DNA of 63,796 nt, the filler included, from Kipferlia bialata (Eukaryota): assembly GCA_003568945.1 (NCBI GenBank). It is 4 parts of 4 records of this genome, joined end to end, with 100 filler letters (N's around TTAATTAATTAA, not from the genome) between each part and the next. Parts side by side here need not be neighbours in the genome. Positions count along the whole stretch, not along the records: positions 1 to 19,666 come from BDIP01000182.1; 3 more parts are not named here. One strand, 5' to 3'. A program made the translations under genes and the position numbers. Each line of letters begins with the position of its first letter. Within the stretch, counting starts at the first letter, position 1. Below are positions 1 to 13,635 of the stretch, piece after piece. Under the pieces are notes generated by a model. The model was not told where the DNA came from. It saw only the letters and a list, made by a program, of their open reading frames with translations, and made no database searches.

Positions 1-102
1 TTTATTCCCCGTTTTCCCATCCCCCCCCCCCCCCCCCCCCCCCCCCCTCCCTCCATAAGTATTAATCCATTATATGTTGTATTCTTTCTCCCTCACCCCC
101 AG

Positions 103-205
103 CCTCTCATCTGCCATGCAGCAGGACACCTCCGATGCCATGCACCTGTCTGGCCCAGAGGAGGTGGTCATGTGGCTCGACAACCAGCGCAACCAGATGC
201 TGTAG
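103..205 (+). CDS. Terminal exon of a gene running off the window (LSSAMQQDTSDAMHLSGPEEVVMWLDNQRNQML*)
   Basis: Acceptor ctcacccccag at 92-102, then a GC-rich open frame ending in TAG at 203-205. Product not recognisable. Confidence 0.6.
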
Positions 206-414
206 GTCTAGTTGGTGTCTTGTGGAGTAGTAATAGACGGTTTTGTGTTTGTCATCAGAATATATTGGCTTCTATTTCTATGGAGAATTGAACATTACTA
301 GGCCTAGTAAGCAAGAACTATATCCTAGACTTGAGGAGGGTATTCGAAAACAGCAACACCTCTGTGGCAGAGACACACAGTCTCCCAGGCATAGTACTCA
401 GTCCCTCTCTCATA

Positions 415-2971
415 TCAAAACATACTGTGTCTTGACAGTGGAGCCACCGCGAAAGGAGCCATCCTGAGTAGATCTTCCTCGAGTGTAGTTGGTGCAGCAC
501 CCTCTCTGACACCCTCAGACCTCACCACTGGCTTCTTGACCATGAGTCCCACCTCAGACGGTGTCTCAGTGCGGATCTGACCAATGGCAGCAACAATCTG
601 AAGGTGAGACTGATATGCAGAACAACACAAACGAGGCTAACAACATATATGATATAATACTGTCGTGGCATAGAGTGCCTAGGACTCCAACACAAACTGA
701 ACATGGGTATACCGCTTATGGAGGAGATTCACAACTATCACAGCATGTATACAATATAACTATCCATATACCTCGGGATCCTCAAGGCATCCAGCAATGC
801 CAGTAGGAGCGGGCCCACCGTAATAGCCTCCCCGTGATCTCGACCTGAGTGCACCCTCCTGGTGTATTCTCTGAATCTCCCTCAGCTCATTTTGCTGCAC
901 TCTGAGCTTCATCTGGGTATAAGCACGTTGGTATTAATAATGCTGCATTATGTATTTATAGTCTTGCCCAATAGTACCAGCCTGTATGTATGCATGAACA
1001 TCAGTGGAGGTCATTCACAATCACCCACCTGCAAGTCCCTCTGCTCCTGGGCCGAGAGGTTTCTCTTCCTCATCTTGAACATGATGGACTCCACCTCATA
1101 CTGCTGGTCTTCCTGGTGTCACTACTGGAGTAACAAGTACAAATACTGAGAAACGATATATTCTCATAATTGTATCACCTAGGTATAAACATCATACATT
1201 TACTCACCAGCTCCTCCTGAGTGACACACCGTGTCTTTGTTGTCCCAGTCTGAGGCTCTAGGCCGTTGCTTCGGGCAAGCTGTGGGGGTGAGCCTGCACG
1301 AGGTCCTGGTATATCCAATAGCAGAGATAACATAACTGTGGCAGTATATAGAGAACCAAGAATATCCTTGCATGTACAGAAATGAGAACACAGTATAGTT
1401 CTACTGGTATACCTTAAGTATGAGAGTCTCACAGGTGTCTCTCAGGTCTCTCCACTCTGCAACTAGTGCCTCCCGTGACTGGGGCACCAGCCACCTGCCC
1501 CTGCTAACCTCATCCTCCTGTCTCCACCTCTCTCTCCTGTTACTGTCACCGTTGGCATCCTGGGGTATAGCACCCAGCTCCCGCACTCGCTGACTGAGGG
1601 TGCTGTAGTCGGTCTTGCTGGGCTTGTGGGTGGCCACCTTTTCCTGTGGATACCCAGTTACAGTTTTAAGAGGGGGGAACGCCCCGGGATACTGGCGCTG
1701 AGTGGTCTGAGGCTCAGGCCAGGTCTGAGACTCTATGCGAGCACCTCCCTCCACCCGTCGGTTCTCAGCCTCAACAAGGGGGGACAGCAACATGTAGAGG
1801 GAGTCTATGGCGGTGTTGTACTCGGCAACACGAGGCTTAGCTGCACAGTACTTGCACCTAGGGTCAATCATAGAGAATAGAGGAGCTAAATACGGGAAAG
1901 ACAGACCAGACATAAAACTCATGCAGTGAATTCAAAGAAGCAGTGGTTAGAATCGTATATACCCAACGTGAATCCATGGCTAATGTATACATGTATACAT
2001 GTAAACAAGAAAAATACATTCAACATACTGATGTGTCAACACACACACACATACAGGTACATACCTGTCTGCAAGGGAGAGAGAGGCCATGTTCCCCCCA
2101 AGAGCAATGGGAACGTATCGCTCTGTGTCTCTGAGAACAGTCTCCAATCTCTTGACAGAAGTGAGAGCTGCCTGGACATGAAAATATGACAATGCACGTG
2201 TACAACGCAACACATAATGTGTTACACATGAGCAAGATAGTGATTGTATACATGCTATAAATCGAAGGCCATAACTGTGGGATGGACGTTGAAAACTGCC
2301 CTATTCACCAACATAAAGCATATGGGGAACACCAATATCTTGATACTATATTATGTATGATCTGAGATGCATGCATATATATATTAATTGTACCTGGGGG
2401 TCAAAGGAAGGGTCTATCTTGGCAAGCTCTGTGCAGAACTGCGCATGGGTTAGGACCAGAGACCTGAAGGATGCCTCAATCTCCCACTCTGACGGCTTTG
2501 TGCCCAACTGACTTATGTCCCCCTGATGTGAAAGTCATACAGTGATATATCCAAATTCATTACCACACTCTGAAGAATACGACACTGTATCCCAGCACTT
2601 AGTGTGGCAAACACCTGAAATGTTACACAACCTGAGATAGACAGAACGAGAGAGAACTGATATACAGGAAGAGAGGGTATACATATATATATACGTACCC
2701 GAAGAGCCCTCTGCTCGTCATAAGATGGCAGCTGGGTACGCACAGTCAGCAGATGGTGGTCGCACTTGAGCTTACTCACCATGTCTGGGATGTCCCGGGC
2801 TGCATCCAGGTAGGACACAAGACGCTGCCTCTTAGACTCCACGTCATCCTCAGCCACAGACTGCACAAGAGCAATGTGGGCTTGGAGCTTCTCCATGGAT
2901 TGCTTGGCGGACCCGTTCCGGGTCCCGGACCGGGAGGCCAGGGGATCTTGGAAATGCTCTGTCTGTGTCAT
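415..2971 (-). CDS. Multi-exon hypothetical protein
   Basis: GC-rich exons bounded by GT/AG. First exon MTQTEHFQDPL...SYDEQRALR, internal exon RCKYCAAKPRVAEYNTAIDSLY..., last exon IVAAIGQIRTETPSEV...RHSMF* ending at 415. No family recognised. Confidence 0.6.
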
Positions 2972-4079
2972 CTCCTCTTATAGTCTGGGTGTGAGTGACG
3001 CGATGAAAGGACAGGGAATGGGGGGGATGGTGGGAGGGGGGGGGGGGGGGTATGTTTATCCTATGGACATAAAGCTCAGTTGAACAAGAGTCATTCCCGA
3101 TGACAGGGAAGAGAGAGAGACTTGTGCGTTGAAAGACTCTCATATATTCACTATACAGTGCGGATTGTCTGGGATCGGGATTAAACTACTCCGCCTTGAT
3201 ATACTGACATCCAATACATAAATATCAAACCCTAAATACATATCTCTCACCTATACACCTCAACGTAAAGCAGAACATACAGAGTGTCACAAAGAAACGA
3301 AACTGGGACAACTTTGAGCCAATGGCTTCCACATCTGACCTCTCTTACAACCCAAGACAAACAAAAAACAACTTAACATAAAACTCACCAAATATAGGTC
3401 ACAGGAACACGTAACGGGTACGCAACTGCTCTTCAACCAGACTAAACAGCACTCGACGGAGGCTCAAGGAGAAGCAAACACGAAACTCAAAAGGGTGTAG
3501 GAATCCTACAGAAGGATGACCTTACTGAAGGCTTCAGCTAAGAAACACATCACAAAACCAGTCAGTAATTGTTCAGAATTGTATCCTTCGGGTTGGCAAA
3601 TGTTACCCTCCAGACAAGAGTACGGTGGTGTGAAGAGACAACTTGCCACCAACCAGCAATTACAATGGATACTGGGAGAAGGATAGGTCCACTGATTCTC
3701 CTGGTACCCTCTGGGTATTGCTGGGTACTACCCAGCACTTGTGACACGTGCGAGAATAGCAATAGACAGTGTTGTGTGTCACACACAACACTGTGTGTCG
3801 TTGGATAATTATACTATATTTGTAATAGTGTGTCTTCTGTTGAGTGAATTCAGACACTCTAACCCCTTCTGACCGTACTCCACTATGTCTATCACACATC
3901 CCACGATACTTGCGGAAAGTGTGTGAATAATAGACTGTTTTGTGTTTGTCGTTGTAAATGAATGGTGTGTGGCTTCTATTCAGTGAGAGTGATCTCCTTG
4001 TATATAGGTCAGACAGACCCCATAGAACTATCCCAGTGTCAGTAGTCCTGACTCAGGAGATATCACCTTGTAAGCCTCT

Positions 4080-7000
4080 TCACACACCCGACATGCTATG
4101 GGGCTGGATGCGTCGGAAGAGCACATCGCTAAAGGGCTCTGAGACACCGTCCTCGAATGCATCAGTCACCCAGATGGCATAGCAGCGGGAACCATCAGGG
4201 GTCATCCTGGGGTGAGGGACGATATATATATATATGTGTGTGTAAACATAGATGCAGACGATACAGCTAGTGGGAGTCTGATACCTGATCTGGGCCTCTC
4301 CGCTCATGCCCTCTCCCCTGGCCAGCCAGTACCACTGGGGCTTGTCGACCTTGTACTCGACTGGGTCAGCGTCGGATTCAGTGTCGACCACCCACCCGGC
4401 CTCATCATCGGTGTAGTAGAGCCTCTCCTCAAAGAGCTTGTCCCCATCTTCGGTATCAGTCGTGGCATCGGTGATGTCAGCACGGCCGTAGAACTGGTTC
4501 CCGTAGTTCCTGGAGTCAAACAACATGGAGAGGGGAATACTATAGCTATTGACAACACTATGACACTAATGTAAACACTCCACGTACTGTGAGTAGGAGT
4601 AGAAGATGTCTAGGGGTACTGGGGTTGCGATCTCCCCTGTCTCCTTATCCTTCTTGGGGTTGTTGTCTGTGCCATAGGCCACGTAGAAGGCACTGGTGTT
4701 GGGGACGTCCTCCAATGGATTGTAGTCAGTAAGGTCGAAGTCCAGCTGGGTGTTGTCGACAGTGTACACGATGTTTGTGGATCCGTGTCCCCCACTCTCT
4801 TGCTCCACCTCACCAGGGACAGATGCCAGTAGGTACTTGACAGCTCCGAACTCAACATCGTCAACGGTCTCAGCCTCTCTTGCAGAGCCTAGCAGCTCAT
4901 TCCACCTATCCTCAGACACCTCGATCTGAGCAGGCAGGACAGCGACACGTGGCTCAATCACAGAGTACTTGGTGTTGAGCATGTTGGAGAGATTGCGGGC
5001 TGGTTCCCAGTCGCCAGGTGCGTAGACACTCTTGACCAGGTTGGGTATCTCGGGCACTGTCTCGTAGGCCTCAGAGAGGACAGTGTCGGCGTCAGCTATC
5101 TCTCCCTCCCAGCTCTTGTAGTAGTCGTAGTGCACAGTGTTGACAGTCCCATTGGGGTCAGTCGTGAAGGTCTCGCCACCGTCGAAGGAGCGTCTGATCT
5201 GGGGTTAGAGAACGGTCCTCAGCAATAACACATTGGATTGTAGTATAAATACTGATTAAAGAGTCACCTATATCCACATATGTACAAACCTTGAAGTCAT
5301 AGACATCATTGCCGTGGGTCTGGGCTGCGTGGTTGGGAGCATAGGTGAATGCAATGATGAGCCTGTCCCCTATCAGAGACCCTCTGCTGGCCCTAGCCAC
5401 GTCCAGGTTGTTCACAGTGCTCGAGTTGTAGAGGTTGGCCTTGGTCTGGTGCCACAGGTACACCTGCACCTCACCGGCCCCCTCCTTCTCATCGTCCTTG
5501 GACACCTCAGATGGATCGTCTGCCTTCTGGGCCGCAGCGGCAGTGACTACGGCAGTGTGGCCACTGGTGTTCATGAGGGAGAGCTGGTGGGGCTCCAGTG
5601 CACTCTGCTGCTCCTCTGTCTCCACCACTGGGGTGATGCACACCTCAGAGTCCCATCCCTCGGGGGTCACCCGGAAGGCACACACGCAGTTCTGGCGTCA
5701 GTGTCGACCAGCCAGTGAGCGAGATACACGATTGCTCGGCATATATACATACACATAATCACCACTGGGTACCTCAAATGCATATGGGTTCTCAGATGGA
5801 TCAATCTGTCCCACTGGACCGTCTAACTCGTCCTCGAAGCGCTTAGTTGCGACAAAGCGCCTCATAAACTGATCGCTTGGACCTCCATCTCCCTCAGGAC
5901 CTGGGAATGAGTGAAAGAGTATTAGGATATGGATACCAGATCTTCACACTATCAGACTCAGAATGTATTATAGAATTCAAGCATAATGTGTACTGAATAT
6001 TATACACATGACCCTACCCTGCTTCCACAGTATGACCATCGCCAGCCCCTTGTCACCAATGTCGGCAGGATCTTGGGCAACAAACCGAGGACGGCGGGCG
6101 TTCTTGAGTGAGAGAGCAGTTAATGATAAAAACATGCATATAGTGACTCCTAATCCGTTGGTACCTCAGTTGCCAGCATCTTGCGGCCCCAGCAGTCCAG
6201 CTTGTAGTCGGTGACAATGGTCATGTTTTCATCTGCATCAGTTGTTGGCACGCACACGTCGGTCATGTCATCGAACACCTCGGTGCCAGTGGTCATCTCC
6301 ACCAGCTGCTCCCTGAGGTACACTAGGGCTGGCTGCAGGGCCGCAGTGCCCTCAGCTGTTAGCACCGGTGCCGTCTTGAGAATGGAGACACCCTGCACCA
6401 GGCCGTTGTTGACACAGTAACCGTCTGTCTCAGGGTCACACTCAGGGTCTAGGAAGTCGAAGTCGGGGTCCACCTTGGGGGTGCTGACAGACTGGACAAT
6501 GTCTGTGGTCTCTCCTGCTATGACGTAGTACACAACCTCATCGTCAATGGGCAGGGGCTGTGTGACGAAGGTTGTGACAGTCTCTCCATCAACAGTCTCT
6601 GTGACCTCGAACAGCCTCGGCTTGTTCCACTCATCCAGCACAACAGTAGTCATCTCGGGCATGTTGATGATGAACCCATCTGACACCACATCTGGATCGT
6701 CCATCCTAAAGGTCTGGTAGATGACATTCTTGCCAAGGTCTGGCTTGTAGGCCGGGTCGCCTGGGGTTAGACACAGTGATCCTGTCAGCAATTTACGCTA
6801 GTAGGCAGGTAATCTCAATGTACAATAGGCAATACCCCACCTGTGTCTCCATAGGGACTGTCAGCGTCAGGGTCAGACTCATCGCTTCCCAGGGGCTCAC
6901 CCCCTCCGACTCCCTTGGTCTGGGGTAAGGATATGCTCTCCGTGCCCGACTGATATCTTCATGTTTACATTTACATTTTCATAAATAGATTGATAGATAG

Positions 7001-9765
7001 ATAGACAGGTACCTCGTCGAATGCCACCATGGCATAGGCAGACATCTTGCCCTGGGTCGTGTCGAAGAATGGCTCGAGGTGGAGATTGGGTCTGGCGGCA
7101 GCGGTGTTGCCGTCAAGGGCGATACCGTCCTCGGTGACACAGATGAGCTTCTCCTCTCCCTAGGATGTCAGTATCTACTAGACACGAGAGGATAACACAC
7201 GATAACTCTTACCTGATGGTTACGCTTGTACAGCCACCTGCCCCCATGGTTGTACACAACTCCGCAGTCCTCGGTGGTGTGGAAGTAGTATGTGTTCCTG
7301 TCGATCAGGGTTGTCAAGTGACCACTGGGTCCAATACTTACATCAACTGCTTATCATACCTGACATCCTCGTCAACATTGGAGCCTCCACCGTGTGTGTC
7401 GTGGGGTGCCCGCAGGCACTTCTCGGGCCAATTAGCGAGAGCGTCTGCATTGGTCTCTGCCTCGCCATAGGTCTCAGCACAGAGTCCCACATATGGAGTG
7501 ACGTTGGTGACGATGTGGCCCCAAGTAGGATGGTTCTCAAGGATTGGATCATCATACGACACCTTAGACGTGGTCTTAGTGTCGCAGAGACCCTCGACCT
7601 TGTACCCGTAGGCGTGGCTGCCGCACCCAGTATCGGCCTCTGCCTCTCCATCCACTGCGTCGTGGCTGCCCTTGTCGATGTTGGGGTCATGGATGAAGGA
7701 CATGGCACCAGACGTATCCCACACTGAGCACTCAAAGATGCCCTCATCAGTAGGGTCATTCAGATCCTGTACAAACTCCCAGGTCAGACACTCTGGTCCA
7801 ATTTCCGGCAGACCGAACTTGTCGTCCAGCATAACCTGGGTGAATATTGACCCCTAGGGAGAGGGCCTCCACTTGAGATCACAAACTATACACAATGCCG
7901 AGTTGACACAAATGACTACACATACCTGCATGTTCTTGACATTCACAATGTCATTGTTCGAGAGCCTGGAGTGAGATGGCCCCACGGCACAATACATACA
8001 ACAACACCTCATTGGAGTGTATACTATATGCAGAATATATGGGTACCTGACAGGCAGAGACATCGGATGGGCAGCTCTGGGGCTGTATCCACTACTGGTC
8101 TGGGTCCCGTCGCCCTCCCCATCTGAAGTACCATCCCCAGTGGGATCATCTGGCTGGCCGTCGTGCTGCTCGTCGTCCTCGTCATAGGGTATGGTCTCTG
8201 CGAAGTTCTCCCAGCTGATGTAGCTGTACCAGATGTCTGGGGTCAGTATGGTCTATACATGTTAGATAGGTAATCTCTTGCATATGTGTACACTAGATAA
8301 GTATACCTGTCTTCTTGTTAGTGTTGGCGCCACTCCAGCCCTCTCCTGGGCCTCTGCCATCACCGGGTCTCAGGCCCTCGGGGTCCTCCTGCCACACTAT
8401 GCCAAACCCTCCCTCCTCGGCGCCACTCAGTGCGGCCTCCATGGCATCCCTTCTCCCACTGGTGAGTCTCTCGGGCTTGTACCTGGAGATGAGATCCGCA
8501 ATATGATCAGTGCCAATCGTCACAGGTATATATGCTGCATAGTAACCAGGACTATATGACTTGTGGTATCGGTATGTTAGGCCGTACCACAGAATGTCTC
8601 CGGCGAATGTGTACAGTGTCTCGATAACAGTGCCATTTTCATCAGTGATCTCCTCAACACTATCCTCGGTGGCAATCACGCCTCTACAGGTCCAAATGAC
8701 ACCATAGGGGACCTCTCCAACCTGGATATCAGATACCAATCATATCCAAGATCGGGAAGATACAGGATAATGGTTCAATGGTCAGATAACACAGTGGATA
8801 TCACCCACCTCCGGGTAGTCCTGGTAGGTATAGTCCACTGAGCGCTGGGGGCCGCTGACTCCCCTGATGTAAGAGTATATAGAGAAGTGAATGTATATAT
8901 TGTGGGGGGATAGCGGGTGAGCGGATATACTGCACCGTCATAGGATAGCAGCTGCTACTTCTAGTGTACACTCACCAGATATCCTTGGACTCATCATCCA
9001 GCAGGGTGTAATGAGGCTTGCCTCCCAGGGCATACTTACTGGGATGAGTCTTGCACAGTATGTTATGAACAAATGCACACTATTGAGTATACTTAGGTAG
9101 AACTATTCCACCCACCTGACCCACGACACCATGATGTAGTTATCGAGTACCACATTCTGGGGCTTCTCACAGGTACCAAAGTACTCGTCCCCGTTCTTGC
9201 GAGTGAAGGAGGACCGATCAGCACTCTTGGAGAGGTTCTTTCTCTTCCAGGTGTTACCATCGTCACGTGACACAGCCACCCAGATGTCGGATGAGTTGTA
9301 GTCGGTGTGGACGTCCTCGTGCTCGTCCGTGTAGACAGCGACAATTGGCTTGGCCATACGGGAGGCCCTAGTATCAGATATAGACAGAGAGGGAGGGACT
9401 CACACTATTCAGACACAAATACTATGAAAGAACTCACCGGAATACATTCCCCTCATCGTCAAAGTATGGCACCCCTCTGTACGTGTAGTCCCTGTCGACC
9501 TCCTGGACAGGTGCATCTGGGTCATTCACCACAACATAGTCAGAGTGGATGTAGTCGTCGAGTAGGTCAGTGGGCAGTCCGTTGGCCTGACGGGCAGGCA
9601 CCCAGACGTCCATGATCTCCTAGAGGTTAGCGAGACAAACCCGAGGATGTAGGTCTCATACTCTTTACAGAGATTATATGAAAAATGTATTATAGTATGT
9701 TCACATACCATTGTGGCCTTGGTTGAGAGCTGCTCAAAGGTCTTTGAGATGTTCTTCTTGAACAT
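4080..9765 (-). other. Choice-of-anchor O-like domain region (prokaryotic family) within the giant gene
   Basis: Ordered motifs recalled from prokaryotic choice-of-anchor O proteins: FKKNISKT; DIWVAVSRDDGNTWKRKNLSKSADRSSF; PERLTSGRRDA; IVWQEDPEGLRPGDGRGPGEGWSGA; RRSFDGGETFTTDP; EPARNLS; GEAQIR/MTPDGSR; SDVLFRRI. Family name is from memory; no HMM was run. Confidence 0.75.
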
Positions 9766-12700
9766 GTCAGGGGCATCCTTGCTGATGCTGCTCTCGAGGT
9801 TGTTCTTGGCATCACTTTGGGAGACCTGCATGTTGGGGGGAGGGGGTGAAGTGACCATAAGGAATGTGCTCTGCCATGCAGGGGGAAAACAGACAACTTG
9901 ATCCTGGACATGTATCCATACCTTTGTGAGAGTGATTCCATCGACACTGGCACTGGCTATTGTTGTGTTGATAACAGCCTCGACGTGTTCCGTGTCTCTC
10001 CAGTCCGTGATGACTCCATGGGTATCTAGAGCAGAGTTAAGATGCTTAATCACATCGTGGGTGATCTCAATGATGTTGTGGGTGACACCATCACTGTCCA
10101 GGCTCTGAAGGAGCATGGCCATGTTGGCTACACGGACATCGTCTGGGAGTGAGACAGTATCTATCTATATGTATATACCAGAGCATGTATGTGATATGTA
10201 TACAACGCACCCATGTCAGAGAGGGGCAGTACATCCATGGGGTATATGCGTCTGTCGAGGGTGGTGGTGCCCAGGAGCTGGTTGCCAACATAGAAGCTGG
10301 CCCTGTCGCCATCTGTGTAGAAGGCCCCTCCATTCTCATCTAGCGTCTGCAGGCCCCCACTCTCCATCACAACAGTGAGGTTGCTGACGGGCTTGTCTAT
10401 GAACTGAACCCTGTTCCGCCCAAAGTAGTTGACTCTGCACTCGCCAGTGACAAAGTGCATACTCTCGTACCCCATGCCGGTCTCTACCATCAGAACCATG
10501 TTGATGGAGTTGCCAGTGGAGACAAAGGAGATGATGTCCTCGGCTGGAGAGTCTCCCATGTAGTTGGATATACAGGGATACTCGAGGGTGAGCCCGTACC
10601 CGTAGTCCCTGTTGATACTAGCTAGGTACTCTGCGTCAGTGCTGGTGGGGTCAATGGCACCATACGATGTGCACTCGGTGTTGGTGGTGAGGGAGAGGTA
10701 GTCCTCGGGTGAGGCAATAGTCACGTGTCTCAGGCTGCACTGACGGTCACTGTTGTTGTCAAGGGCCAGCTTGACCTGGACTGTCTGGGTGCCATCAGTG
10801 TTGGCCTTGAGGCAGTAGAGCTCAGCGGTATACCCACAGAGAGGGGTGTGGTTGCACTGGTGCAGCAGGGGGATGGGGTCTAGGTGGCAGTCGCACTCCT
10901 CCTCAGCGAGTGTGGGAGAGAGTACCATGTGCATGCCAGCAGTAGTGGTACAGTCACTGGGGGTGGCAGTGCTAGTCCCAGTGACATTGCCAGTCTTGGC
11001 ATAGGTGACTGTGTACTCATAGGGCATGGGGACACCAGATGGGACAGACCAGAGTGCATACTCACCCAGTGCATCTGTGGTAGCTGTCGCAGGGTAGGCA
11101 TCCAGTGACACTATGACACCCTCAATAGGGGCACCATCAGTGTCAGATACCATGCCAGATATGACGTTGGGGCATGTACCGACAGTGTGGGTGTTGACCC
11201 CACAGTGCAGAGGGGGGAGATCCTCAACATAGGCCTGGTGGTGAGATAGTGCATGTACATCACACGCCTCCAACAATAGTAGTAATGTAAAGAAGTGTGG
11301 TACCTGTCCGTGGTTGTCGAAGAATGCCACCAGCACCTCACTGACAGGGGTGTCAGTGACAGTGGGGACAATGTCTAGGCAGGAGGTGAGTGAGGGGGCT
11401 GCACTGCCATCAGTCACTGAGTGGCCGAGGTATGCCTTGGTGCCAGGCACAGACACGTCGTAGTAGTACACGTAGATCCCATCAGCGTAGGTACCATCCA
11501 TGTTGGTGACTGACACACACACAGACTCCTCGAGACAGGGCACTGCGATGTCCAGGGTACTAGACCCACACCCAGGGAAGGCGGGGGTGAGTGCGGCGTC
11601 TCCGTCTGCAGTGGTGGGTATGGTAGTGACAGTGACAGGCCAAGCACCATCAGGCACACCCACAATGGAGTATCTACCCAGGTCGTCAGTGGTGCCACTG
11701 CGTATGGGGTTGGTGCCCACTACCACCTCAGCATCAGGCACTGGGTACCCGTCAAAGGCATTGGTGATCTGGCCAGTGACGGCTGTGGCGCACTGGGTGT
11801 GGAGGGTCTCCTGGGTCAGCCCGTACCCCAGCTGCACCACGGCCTTGTTCTCTGTGTCCTCATACACCCACTCCACCGTCACCTCCTCCATGTCCCAGGA
11901 GGGCAGGGGTAGGACGGAGGCAGGGGAGAGGGCACGGGTGGAGTGGCCTGAGGCACAGGAGGCAGTACCAAGCAGGTGACGGGGGGAGGTGGTCTCGTCG
12001 AAGAAGGACAGGGTGATGCCTGGGGTGAGTATTGGACTTCTCGCACTCGCAAAGATATAGCGACGCATCTCTCTACACACTCACCTTCTACCATTGCCGG
12101 GTTCCGTGCATAAGGATCCTCACACAGTCCAACTGACACACTCTGTTGTACACATGGCACAGTCTGTTTGACAGTGGCCGCACGACACCAGGGGAACGTG
12201 TAGGTCACACCATCCTGCATGGTCTGGCCCGGGAGACCGGGGACAGTACTGACAGCCATCGTGTAGGTGCGTCCGGCGAGTCCCTCAGGGAGGGCGTCGA
12301 AGAGAGCAGTACCGTTGGCGTTTGTCTTGGCGGAGGCGTGGTAGACACCGTCTGTGGAGGAGAGAGAGACCGTGGCGCCCTCTGGCTTGACGGAGTGTGG
12401 CAGGGCAGTGGCTACGTTGACTGTGAGAGAGGGTCTAGTGCGACAGAGGGGGGAGAGAGAGGCGTCTACAGTGACAGTGCCACAGCGAGAGAAGTTGGCC
12501 ATCTCGGTATGGGAACAGACGTGGGGACCGGAGAACTCTACGCGGAAGAGAGAGTGGCTGTGGGAGGCAGTGGTGAGATCGAGAGAGTAGCTGCCTGACG
12601 CGTCTGTGTCACAGGAGGCCAGGGGGAGTAGAGAGTCAGGGGCGTATGCTGTGACATGTACATCTGCCATGCCCTGTACAACACTGGCTGCACTCACCAC

Positions 12701-13499
12701 CTGTCCCTGCACCCTGGCCACCCTGCAGTTGGGCCCAGGGGAGTAGTGGCGCAGGTTGGCACAGTCGTTGAGCATCTTCTTGTCAAAGCACTCATCGTCA
12801 CACCTGGGTCAGTATCGGTGCAAGGGTACAGCTGTGTCATAGGTAGTGTTAGTACTATATAGTCCATATATCCCACCTCCTCAGGGACTTGTGGCAATTG
12901 TCAGACCCGATGAGGTAAGGGTTGCAGTTGACCTAGGGTGAGGGGGGGTGAGGGGTAGGCAGATATGGAGCACGAATGAGAGTGTATACTAGTAAAGGGG
13001 TACCTCCACTCTACGCAGTGTCCCGCCAGTCAACCCCTGTGGCACCTCTCCCTCTAAGTGGGCACAGCTGGCAGTGAGTGTCAACATGGGTGTGTCCTTG
13101 GCTGCCCCTAGACAGGAGGGGAGGGCGGCATGCATGGAGCTGTTGCTGACATCGAGGGTCTGGAGGTAGGGCATGGTGCAGACACCTGGGGTCAGGGTAT
13201 ACATATATATACATATACATATACTCCATATCAATGAGGAGATGTCTTTGGGGGGGGGGGTCTGACACGTACATGAAGGCAGGGCACCAGAGAGGGTGGC
13301 GTTGGACAGGTTGATGTGGGCAAGGCGGGCGGCCTGAGGTCATTGAATGTGGACAGAGAGGGGAAATGAGGGTGAATACTGGGTTGGGGAGGGGGGGTAC
13401 ACACAATACTCACCTGACAGAGTCCGACGGGGAAGGAGGTCACGAGGTTGTTGTTGGTGGCTGACAGCGAGTGCAGGTTGGGGAGACAGCCCAGTGAGC
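4080..13499 (-). CDS. Giant multi-exon extracellular-type protein: LRRs + carboxypeptidase-regulatory-like beta-sandwich repeats + bacterial adhesin-like domain + choice-of-anchor O-like module. 5' end lies in the gap.
   Basis: LRR exons (LGCLPNLHSLSATNNNLVTSFPVGLCQ; LAHINLSNATLSGALPS; LPYLQTLDVSNSSMHAALPSCL). Repeats such as ISGMVSDTDGAPIEGVIVSL...ATTDALGEYAL. In-frame splice joins checked at 12085/12021 and 10211/10142. Stop at 4080 after SDVLFRRIQPHSMSGV. Confidence 0.75.
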
Positions 13500-13635
13500 C
13501 TGGCGGTGAGGGTGAAGGGAGGGGAGGGGGGGGGGGGCAGAGAGGATTGGACTTTGGGGGTCAGATAGGATTGGATTATTAGACTGTCATGGGGGGGGGG
13601 GGGGGGGGGGGAAAACAAAATAAACCGGGGGGGCC

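Noticed and set aside
4080..12800. Bacterial contamination as the source of the prokaryote-like domains
   Set aside because: The region is interrupted by many host-style spliceosomal introns and is contiguous with other spliced genes.
13589..13611. Poly-G/poly-C tracts (also at 21-47, 34200-34220, 60988-61004 and 63758-63780) as G-quadruplex elements
   Set aside because: They sit at contig or gap edges where homopolymer length is unreliable, and nothing supports a function.
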